Of a stretch of DNA of 32,464 bases, positions 19,764 to 27,835 are shown in pieces. The translations under genes and the position numbers were made by a program. Under the pieces are notes generated by a model that saw only the letters and a program-made list of their open reading frames with translations, did no database searches and had not been told where the DNA came from. Position 1 is the first letter of the stretch, and each line of letters starts with the position of its first letter. The stretch lies in the sequence record DRR723986_20466; one strand, written 5' to 3'.

Positions 19764-19791
19764 ATTTAACATAATATAAATTATGTAACAT
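19764..19791 (-). other. dif-like XerC/XerD recombination site
   Basis: Minus strand reads ATGTTACATAA-TTTATA-TTATGTTAAAT (11-6-11 layout). The XerD arm is identical to E. coli dif and 21 of the last 22 bases match. Confidence 0.8.
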
Positions 19792-19865
19792 ATAGACCCA
19801 AAGCCAAAGTCTCGTGAACAAGTTTGCCAATACTTTGTTATGCTATTAAACTAAAACCATTAATC

Positions 19866-20399
19866 ATGAAAACTTTAAACTATCTATTCGCTGTAGCGCT
19901 GTTATTTACAGTTGCTTGTAGCGGGGAAAAAACATCCACCGAAGAAGTTGAAGCTGTAGAAGTTGAAGAAGTTGTAGCCGAGCAGCCAAAAGACATAGTG
20001 ACTTTGGCGTTAGAAAATGAATCTTTAACTACACTAGTAACAGCATTAAAAGCTGCTGGCCTGGTTGAAACGTTACAAGGCGCAGGACCATTTACAGTGT
20101 TTGCCCCTTCTAATGAAGCTTTTGCTGCATTACCTGAAGGAACTGTTGAAGATCTATTAAAACCAGAAAACAAGGATAAACTAGTGGCTATCTTAACTTA
20201 CCACGTTGTCCCGGGAAAAGTAATTTCTACTGATCTTACAGATGGAATGAAAGCATCAACTGTAAATGGACAAGATCTTACTATTTCTACAACTGACGGA
20301 GCTAAAGTTAATGAGGCAAACGTGGTTACGGCTGATGTCGATGCTTCAAATGGAGTAATTCACGTTATTGATGCTGTGATTTTGCCTCCAGCAATGTAA
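19866..20399 (+). CDS. Fasciclin (FAS1) domain lipoprotein
   Basis: Lipobox [24 protein letters not shown] and [12 protein letters not shown] motifs. ATG 19866 is preferred over TTG 19824. Confidence 0.93.
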   Translation: MKTLNYLFAVALLFTVACSGEKTSTEEVEAVEVEEVVAEQPKDIVTLALENESLTTLVTALKAAGLVETLQGAGPFTVFAPSNEAFAALPEGTVEDLLKPENKDKLVAILTYHVVPGKVISTDLTDGMKASTVNGQDLTISTTDGAKVNEANVVTADVDASNGVIHVIDAVILPPAM

Positions 20400-20423
20400 A
20401 AGAAAGCTGATTTATAAGTAATT

Positions 20424-20449
20424 AAAAGCCTCTTTTTGAGGCTTTTTTT
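20424..20449 (+). terminator. Intrinsic (probably bidirectional) terminator
   Basis: AAAAGCCTC-TTTTT-GAGGCTTTTTTT between convergent genes. Confidence 0.8.
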
Positions 20450-20480
20450 ATACCTAAGCTCTGAAAATTTCTATCAGTAA

Positions 20481-21113
20481 TTAATTCAATACTTCGAATC
20501 CTACCATAGTAAAATCATCATTGAAACTGCTTTTTCCGCTGAATTTAAGGCAAAATGATTTGATACTATCTAAGAGTTCTTTGATTGGAAGTTTAGAGTT
20601 ATTCTTTAAAAATGATGTGAATTCCTCTCTTTTCATCATCACATCGTCACTATTCCAAACCTCTAGTATAGCATCTGTATACAGGACTACCTTGTCTCCA
20701 ATTTCCAGCTTTATTGTAGATTCTGAATAAGTTACAGTTTCCCCGCTAAATGCGCCTACAAGAGGACTTAAAGATGTCAAAGAAATCACTTCTTTAGTGT
20801 TGGCCCTGACCACATAGCCCTCTGGATGGCCAGCTTGGGTGTAACTCAATCGCCGGGTATTAGAATCATAAACAACATAAAACATGGTGATAAATGAACC
20901 CCGGGGCATTTTATTATAGAGCTTTTCATTTGTTTCTGTAACTACTTTGGCTGTAGAACTAGTCTGTAGAGCTATATTTTTGAAGGCAAAGGAAGTCATG
21001 AAAGTCAGTAAAGCTGCTTGTATGCCATGCCCTGTAACATCAGCTATTAATACGCCGAAAACTCCCTTTTCAATTTCAATAATATCATAAAAGTCTCCCC
21101 CAATTTGATCCAT
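20481..21113 (-). CDS. SpoIIE/RsbU-type PP2C phosphatase domain (3' part of the interrupted LOV-PP2C gene)
   Basis: GGDFY, IADVTGHG, AGH, YTDAILE and DDFT metal-binding motifs; same frame as the upstream LOV ORF. Confidence 0.75.
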   Translation of the reverse strand: MDQIGGDFYDIIEIEKGVFGVLIADVTGHGIQAALLTFMTSFAFKNIALQTSSTAKVVTETNEKLYNKMPRGSFITMFYVVYDSNTRRLSYTQAGHPEGYVVRANTKEVISLTSLSPLVGAFSGETVTYSESTIKLEIGDKVVLYTDAILEVWNSDDVMMKREEFTSFLKNNSKLPIKELLDSIKSFCLKFSGKSSFNDDFTMVGFEVLN

Positions 21114-21125
21114 AGGTTCAAAAAC

Positions 21126-21674
21126 TCAAGCAAAACTAAGTTTGGTGGTAGTTGGAAAAGTTGATGGAAGTATGAAGTTCTGGACTCTCCTAGCCTCTTC
21201 CAGTTCATACTTGATTTTATACTGAAATGAGGCCAAATCCTTATTCGCTGACTTAAGGCTTTTTTGGGTTTCCCGTAACTCTGTAATATCAGACTGTACT
21301 CCTACATAGTGGGTCGTTATCCCATTTTTATCCTTGAGAGGAGTAATAGAAAGCCTATTCCAAAAGGGAGTTCCATCTTTCTTGTAATTCAATAATTCAA
21401 CAGTTGCCTGCTCTCCATTTTGTATGGCTAGTCTAAGAATATTTACAGTAGATTGATCGGTGTCCTTCCCTTGCAGGAACCTACAATTTTTGCCAATGAC
21501 ATCCAGCTTTGTATACCCAGTTAATCTCTCAAATCCCTCATTTACGAAAACAAGCGGTCTATCTATTTGATCCATTGAACTAATAGTAATCCCTTCATTT
21601 GCAGTATTTGTTGCTTTGATCAACAAATCTTCAAACTCCTTAATTGATACTATTTCTTTGGGGTTCATTCCCAT
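21126..21674 (-). pseudogene. LOV (PAS/PAC) photosensor plus coiled coil (5' part of a LOV-PP2C gene ended by an in-frame TGA)
   Basis: GKNCRFLQG, NYKKDG, FWN and GVQSDITE motifs, then ELEEARRVQNFILP linker. The frame continues after TGA as VFEPMDQIGGDF. Confidence 0.8.
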
Positions 21675-22131
21675 CTCCAAACAAAAGGGCTTCTTATATT
21701 AACTTGCTATACTTCTTAATTCTAAACTAAGAATCGCTAGGTTCAAACCAAAACAATCTTTTTCTAACACCTGAAATATTTTGCTCTTCCTTGCCCCAAT
21801 GCCTGAAGAGATCTAAGTCGTGAATAATATATCCAAGAAAATTTAGCGGTTTTTTCCTTAATTCAGGTCATAATTTTTTCATAAATAATACAATACAAAT
21901 AGCTGATAAAGAACTATTTAAAGGTTAAATAGAGTATTCCATTTCCATTGCCTGAAATTGTAATCTGCAGTATTGAGTTTGATAACTGAAAGGAGCCAAA
22001 TCCAGCAATACATGCTAATCCTATTTAAATATGGATCAGGAATTCTAAGGTTAAATCGTACAAGTACTTCAGTTGATTTTTATATGTTTGGCAATCAGTA
22101 ATACTTTAGCTTTTCGCTTGTGATCATACCT

Positions 22132-22887
22132 ATGTTTTTATCTATTGCATCAGAAATCAGTATCACATCATGGATTCTTAGTTTTTTAGCGGCTTTTGTC
22201 ATCGGATTATCCAAGGCTGGAATCAAGGGTATAGCGATTATCAATGTGACTTTCATGGCTATAGCCTTTGAAGCGAAACAATCCACAGGAATCGTTTTGC
22301 CGCTTTTAGTTTTTGCTGATGTGTTAGCTGTTATCTATTACAATCGTCATACGCAATGGAAATATGTGGCTAAATTTCTACCCTGGATGATCTTAGGGAT
22401 TGTTCTGGGAAGTTGGATCGGGATGGATCTTCCAGAGCAAACTTTTAAAATCGCTATGGCTATTATTATTTTTTTAGTCTTGGCTATTATTGTTTGGTGG
22501 GATCAGAAAAAAGTAGAGAAGGTACCCACGCACTGGGCTTTTGCGAGTGGAGTTGGAACTTTAGCAGGTTTTACGACTATGGTTGGCAACCTGGCTGGCC
22601 CTATTTCTAATATTTACTTTTTGGCTATGCGTCTGCCAAAAAACCATTTTATAGGTACAGCAGCTTGGCTTTTTCTGATTATCAATGTGTTCAAATTGCC
22701 TTTTCATATTTTCTTCTGGGATACTATTTCAGAGGCAACTCTACTCCTGGATCTGAAATTGATACCGGCAATTATCCTAGGATTTGTACTGGGAATAAAA
22801 CTAATAAAGATGATCGATGAAGCCTTTTTCAGAAAGATGATACTGATTTTAACAGCTTTGGGCGCGGTTATTATATTGTTTAAATAA
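22132..22887 (+). CDS. Sulfite exporter TauE/SafE family membrane protein
   Basis: ~8 TM segments; GLSKAGIKG and GFTTMVGNLAGP motifs; TATGTTTG -7 element at 22083-22090. Confidence 0.88.
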   Translation: MFLSIASEISITSWILSFLAAFVIGLSKAGIKGIAIINVTFMAIAFEAKQSTGIVLPLLVFADVLAVIYYNRHTQWKYVAKFLPWMILGIVLGSWIGMDLPEQTFKIAMAIIIFLVLAIIVWWDQKKVEKVPTHWAFASGVGTLAGFTTMVGNLAGPISNIYFLAMRLPKNHFIGTAAWLFLIINVFKLPFHIFFWDTISEATLLLDLKLIPAIILGFVLGIKLIKMIDEAFFRKMILILTALGAVIILFK

Positions 22888-23015
22888 ATTGGATTTAACT
22901 CAGCCTTGGATAAAAAAACTACCGAATGAAACCACCCGGTAGCCTTTAGGAACTATTCACCACTACTGGTTAAATCTATAAACTTCTCTTCAGTCCTCTT
23001 TTTCCAGTTTTTTAT

Positions 23016-23849
23016 TTAGTTTCTTTTCGCTGCCTCTCCTACTCCAATAAATGGAATAGCACCAGCTCCGGTAACCTCAGGCAGGATACCATTCCACTTT
23101 TCAATTGCTTTAAGATTGGCCTCTATCTTTCTCAACTCAATCAAATCAGGGGATATATTCATTTTCTGCAATCTTAAAGCCTCCGCCTCTGCAGTAGCTG
23201 CAGCAATGGTTTGCTCTGCTTCTACCTTGATTCTGTCTAAGTCCCGCTTAGCTTTCAAAGCATTTTGCTCTGCTGTCTGCTTTGCCTCTATTGCATCGGT
23301 AAATGTCTGGCTAAAGCTGAAATTAATTATTGAGAATGCATCTACGGCTATTTTAGATTCTAGTAAACGAGTAGTCAAAGCCTCTCTCATTTCTGAGCTA
23401 ACCGCTGGCCTTTTTGTAATTAATTCTTCGGCAGTATAACGGGCTGAGACCGCTTTCATTACCTCTTGAATGGCAGGATCTATGATTCTATCTTTGAATT
23501 GAACTCCAATTGTCTGATAAACTAAATTTGCCTCCTCAGGAATTACATGGTAATTCAAAGCTACCGACATATCTACATCCTGAAGGTCTGAGGAAGAGGA
23601 AGCGGCATCAGTTGTTGCTTTTTGGATTTTGACATCCATAATCTCTATAGTCTGAACCACAGGGATTTTAAAGTGAATACCCTCACTTAATACTTGGTCT
23701 TGTACTGCTCCAAAGTTCAAAACTATTCCACGCTCTCCAGCACCAATCTGCACCCACGGTTTTAAAATAAATAGTATGATCACCACTATTCCAGCAATAA
23801 CTAATTTCCTAATGGGTCCTTTTTCAAATACACTGTTAAATTCACTCAT
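23016..23849 (-). CDS. Prohibitin/SPFH (band 7) family protein
   Basis: N-terminal TM, GERGIVLNFG, EGIHFKIP and AIEAKQTAEQ...AEAEA coiled coil. Confidence 0.93.
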   Translation of the reverse strand: MSEFNSVFEKGPIRKLVIAGIVVIILFILKPWVQIGAGERGIVLNFGAVQDQVLSEGIHFKIPVVQTIEIMDVKIQKATTDAASSSSDLQDVDMSVALNYHVIPEEANLVYQTIGVQFKDRIIDPAIQEVMKAVSARYTAEELITKRPAVSSEMREALTTRLLESKIAVDAFSIINFSFSQTFTDAIEAKQTAEQNALKAKRDLDRIKVEAEQTIAAATAEAEALRLQKMNISPDLIELRKIEANLKAIEKWNGILPEVTGAGAIPFIGVGEAAKRN

Positions 23850-24087
23850 ATTTTGATTATTTAAGTTTTATTCCTTTTCTCACACACATAAAGAATAACC
23901 TATTCCTTACTTGGCTCCTTAATATCCACCCATTCTTCCAGATTTTAGAATTAAACTTGATAAGATTCATATTCTTGGATATAAATAATATTCCGTTCAA
24001 CTATTTCCGTTATTCTGGATTGATTATTCCCTTATAAAATACTTAACTACAATCTTTCTTATGTTCTCTCTACCTCTATGGTAAAAG

Positions 24088-24217
24088 AAAAATGTCAGAA
24101 TGAAGGATTGCAGAATGAAAAACTGACATTATATACTACCATATAATCGTTAATTCTGACATTTTTTCGGGAAAAGTGACAACGTTCATCCTTCAAAATG
24201 CTTGGCATTTAACTTGT
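24088..24217 (+). promoter_or_regulatory. hsp20 control region: TGACA boxes and sigma54-type -24/-12 promoter
   Basis: 14-bp perfect inverted repeat AAAAATGTCAGAAT (24088-24101) / ATTCTGACATTTTT (24153-24166); further TGACA at 24124 and 24177; TGGCA-N6-TTGT at 24203-24217. Confidence 0.6.
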
Positions 24218-24337
24218 TTTTATGTGCTCGAATCGCGATTCAATTTGTTAATTTCTTGATTCTGCATCTTGTTGTAAAACTCAACAGGATCAGCCATCAA
24301 GTAAGTGTATTTGTTAAACCTTAAAAACGTAAAAGCA

Positions 24338-24799
24338 ATGAACACATTAATGAAAAGAAACGGTTATAGCCCTGTTACTAGTATTTTTGATGACTTTCCT
24401 TCTAGAGGGCTTTTTGATTGGCTAGATGCAGCTGGTATTGGAAGAGATACCCGACAAAATACACTCCCTAGTGTAAATATCATCGAAACCGGAAATGATT
24501 TCAAAGTTGAAATGGCTGTTCCAGGAATGAAAAAAGAAGATTTCAAGGTTGAGCTGGATAATAATACCTTGAGCATTCAGGCTGAAATTTCTTCGGAATC
24601 GGAGGATAACTTTAACGAACCGGCACGGTATGCACGCAAAGAGTTCAGTTATCAATCTTTTAGACGAACATTTTATTTGCCAAATACGGTAGAAAATGAA
24701 AAGATTGAAGCTACCTACCAAGACGGGATTCTTTGCTTAATTATCCCTAAACGTGAAGAAGCGAAAAAGAAGCCGGTTAAAACAATACAGATATCTTAA
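24338..24799 (+). CDS. Hsp20/alpha-crystallin small heat shock protein
   Basis: PSVNIIE, AVPGMKKEDF, EFSYQSFRRTFYLP and ATYQDGIL motifs; C-terminal IQI. ATG 24338 preferred. Confidence 0.95.
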   Translation: MNTLMKRNGYSPVTSIFDDFPSRGLFDWLDAAGIGRDTRQNTLPSVNIIETGNDFKVEMAVPGMKKEDFKVELDNNTLSIQAEISSESEDNFNEPARYARKEFSYQSFRRTFYLPNTVENEKIEATYQDGILCLIIPKREEAKKKPVKTIQIS

Positions 24800-24925
24800 A
24801 TGGGGATTGGGCAACCTTAATCGAGATTGCCCTACCCTAGTTTACCGGATTCGGTAGTCTAATAAAAATTAAATATTCCTCTGTTATAACTAACATGTTG
24901 TTTTAATTTCAAAAATTAGTCTAAG

Positions 24926-25141
24926 ATGAAAAAAGGATCATTTCTTAACTACTATAAGACCATCCTTGAAAAAGTAAGCTTTGATGTCCATCTGTTGGAA
25001 AAGGAATATAAAAAAGCACAGTCTATTCTTGATGGATCTGAATCCAAAGAGTTGGATTATTGGCTAATCACTAGTGGGTTAGAGCATAAAATCAAAGGCT
25101 ATCCACTTCACAATAGGAAAACTGATCGAGTTGTAGATTAG
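24926..25141 (+). CDS. Small hypothetical protein (71 aa)
   Basis: ATG start, co-oriented after hsp20, protein-like helical sequence YYKTILEKVSFD..LLEKEYKKA. Confidence 0.7.
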   Translation: MKKGSFLNYYKTILEKVSFDVHLLEKEYKKAQSILDGSESKELDYWLITSGLEHKIKGYPLHNRKTDRVVD

Positions 25142-25412
25142 AATGATGGTTATTATACAGGTCCTGTCAGATATAATCAGGACATAAAACCCAATTATCA
25201 TAATTACTAATTTCTGGGATTCGGTTTCCCTCATGGCTTTCTCGGCCTGTGTTGCTGCAGGCCGAAGCTAATGAGCCTCATTTTATGGAAGCTCATTTTT
25301 TCGCTAGAATATCCATGCGACTGAGACGGGTTTTTTACCGTAACAAAAATTAGTATAAAAAACCATTACAATGATAATCCTCCTCTGGAACGTTCTTTGA
25401 TGCACCTTTGCT

Positions 25413-26078
25413 ATGCAACACAAAAAGAAAGTTTTAGCAGGAGTAGTAGCTATTATAATTTTGGGTGTAATTACCTTCAAATCTCTTCAAACCCCTACCC
25501 TTCAATCAGACACTCCCAATTTTTCCCCAGGCATTCATGCTAATATCAAGAAAGTTTTTCTTGATGTATGGCAGGAATACAAAGAACTCCACAGCTATGG
25601 TTTTGATGTGATCCAGAGCAGTCTTAGTAGCTCTACTATGCAGGCTCAGCCAGTGATTAATCTCAGTGATATTTTTGGAAAAAATCGACAGTATAAGTTA
25701 GATGTAGCCGAAAAAGTACTTGATTCAGACGATCTCTACATTGCCGATTTACCTGAGAATGTTTTACGTGGTTGGTTTGCACATGAGCTTGGCCATATAG
25801 TCGATTATGAAAATCACTCTAACGCTGGTATGATCGCATATGGTATCCGATATGTTTTGTCAGACAAATATAAACGTGAGCGTGAACATGAAGCGGATAG
25901 CATAGCTATTCGACATGGCTTCCGAAAAGATGTGATTGCAGCTAAGAAATATATTCTTGAGAATGATTTTATTTCCCCAGATTATCAAGACCAGATCAAA
26001 AGGTATTATATGTCAATCCGTGGTGCCGAACTTTGTCCAGATGAGCTTGTGCCTGTATTGCCTAAGGTTGAGATATAA
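25413..26078 (+). CDS. Membrane-anchored/exported HExxH zinc-metallopeptidase-like protein
   Basis: N-terminal hydrophobic segment, GWFAHELGH and downstream EHEAD (M48/M56-like spacing). Confidence 0.75.
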   Translation: MQHKKKVLAGVVAIIILGVITFKSLQTPTLQSDTPNFSPGIHANIKKVFLDVWQEYKELHSYGFDVIQSSLSSSTMQAQPVINLSDIFGKNRQYKLDVAEKVLDSDDLYIADLPENVLRGWFAHELGHIVDYENHSNAGMIAYGIRYVLSDKYKREREHEADSIAIRHGFRKDVIAAKKYILENDFISPDYQDQIKRYYMSIRGAELCPDELVPVLPKVEI

Positions 26079-27582
26079 ACTCAAGTAAGGAATTCATTTT
26101 TTCGCTTGTCATTACTTTCGGAGTTTTGGTTTGTCCACCTTTCTTACTCGTAGATGCTAAATAATTGGTGTATTGATCTTTTGATATCACTTTTACATTG
26201 ATTCCCTTAAGCGCTTTGGTACGGGCTACAGCATAATTTTTATTAGCTGCTTTCAATATCTCATCCAATTTCTCAGCTAACGCATCCGATTTCACCTCAC
26301 CTACTAGCACCCACTGATGAATGTATTCACCATCTTCATTTTTAACAGCAGCCACCATGTACTCATTTATAGAGGTCTTATTTTCTTCAGCTAATTCTAA
26401 AATAGCTTTGTCCATTTTTTCTTCCGAAAGCTGAGATCCAACTACATTTAGAAAGAATTTCGTTCTTCCTGTGATTTTAATTTGTGGTGGAGTTAGGCTT
26501 TCAAATCGGATTACATCTCCTATAGCATATCGCCAGGCTCCAGCACAGGAACTCAAAATCAACACGTATTCTTTTCCGATTTCTACCTCATCTATACCCA
26601 ATACTAATGGGTCGCTCAATAGATCCCCCGTCTCGTTTATTCCTCGTTCATCGAAGGGGACAAATTCAAAAAAGTAGCCGTGAGTTAAAGCCAATTTCAT
26701 CGCCATTGTCTCTGGCTTACATGTGTAGGCGATAAATCCCTCTGATGCCAAGTAGGTATCCAAAACCTTAATTGGCGTTTTGCAAACCGCTTCAAAGTCT
26801 TCTCTGTAAGTCTCGAATGCAACTCCTCCGGAGGCATACACTTGAAAGTTTGGCCAGATCTCATGTATGGTATTTAGTTGATGTCTCTCTATAATCCGCT
26901 GTAGCATCAGTAATACCCAGGATGGAATTCCAGCTATTGCTCCAATATTCCATTCAGGTGCTTGTTCAGCAATTGCATTTACGCGTTGATCCCAATCAGA
27001 AATAGCTGCTATGTCTTTTCCCGGTCTGTAGAAAATGTCGTACCAATCGGGGAAATTACTCACATTGATTCCAGAGATTTCTCCCTCTTTGAAACCCTTT
27101 TCATTTTCATCCAAATTTGCAGAACTACTCAACATTAAGACTTCAGATTCGAAAAGCGATTCGGGGAAATCAAATTCATGAAGAGAGTTAATCATAGAAG
27201 ATCCTACTGACCTCATGGAGGACATGAATTCCTTGGTTATAGGTATTCTCTTGCTGCTTTTCCCAGTAGTGCCACTGCTACGTGCAAAGAAATCTGGTTT
27301 GCCTGGCCAAGTGATATCATTCAATCGCTCTTGCCTCACCCACCATTGCTCATGCATTGTCTGATAATTGAATATTGGGACTTCTTTTCTAAATGCTGAG
27401 ACTGGATCATCTGATTTCAGAATATCTTCAAATCCATAATACTTCCCAAAGGCAGTATTTTTAGCTTGGTTTAAGAGTTCTTTCAGCTGCTTCTCTTGAG
27501 AAATCCTTGGGCTATCCTCTCCTAAAGTAAGTTTTGATGTTATTTCTAATCCGGCTTTTACAAGCTTTCCTATGATGGCCAT
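26062..27582 (-). CDS. GH3 family (acyl-acid amido synthetase-like) protein
   Basis: FARSSGTT P-loop, TYLASEG, FFEF and WRYAIGD..F motifs. Confidence 0.92.
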   Translation of the reverse strand: MAIIGKLVKAGLEITSKLTLGEDSPRISQEKQLKELLNQAKNTAFGKYYGFEDILKSDDPVSAFRKEVPIFNYQTMHEQWWVRQERLNDITWPGKPDFFARSSGTTGKSSKRIPITKEFMSSMRSVGSSMINSLHEFDFPESLFESEVLMLSSSANLDENEKGFKEGEISGINVSNFPDWYDIFYRPGKDIAAISDWDQRVNAIAEQAPEWNIGAIAGIPSWVLLMLQRIIERHQLNTIHEIWPNFQVYASGGVAFETYREDFEAVCKTPIKVLDTYLASEGFIAYTCKPETMAMKLALTHGYFFEFVPFDERGINETGDLLSDPLVLGIDEVEIGKEYVLILSSCAGAWRYAIGDVIRFESLTPPQIKITGRTKFFLNVVGSQLSEEKMDKAILELAEENKTSINEYMVAAVKNEDGEYIHQWVLVGEVKSDALAEKLDEILKAANKNYAVARTKALKGINVKVISKDQYTNYLASTSKKGGQTKTPKVMTSEKMNSLLEFISQP

Positions 27583-27810
27583 GTTCGTTTATTTTTCAGA
27601 GGAAATAAACAAACAGTATGCCTCGGTTGCTAATGAAAAATAAGCAGGCACTTCATAGTTCATTTAAGTATTACGATTTTTGTTTTACGGATTCTGGTCA
27701 TATAGGGCCTGCTATTTACATTTTTTAATTTTTCAAATTTAAATTCATTAGAACTTTACCACTTTCCCACCTCTCTCGTTTTCATTAATTGCTTTTCAAG
27801 TCATTTGCCT

Positions 27811-27818
27811 TAATTTTG
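27811..27818 (+). promoter_or_regulatory. Bacteroidota -7 element (TAATTTTG) for glnS
   Basis: Exact TAnnTTTG match 17 nt before the ATG. Confidence 0.55.
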
Positions 27819-27835
27819 AAATTCAATTTTCACCC

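Noticed and set aside
21090-21128. Selenocysteine recoding of the in-frame TGA
   Set aside because: The position is a linker/beta-strand residue rather than a catalytic Cys, and the downstream hairpin is weak and unlike a bacterial SECIS.
21900-22020. 31-codon minus-strand ORF (MYCWIWLLSV...) between LOV-PP2C and TauE
   Set aside because: Short, with no convincing promoter or family resemblance.
23860-24035. Protein-like minus-strand frame with several stops, and a 30-codon ORF, upstream of the SPFH gene
   Set aside because: No recognisable family; cannot be distinguished from AT-rich intergenic sequence.
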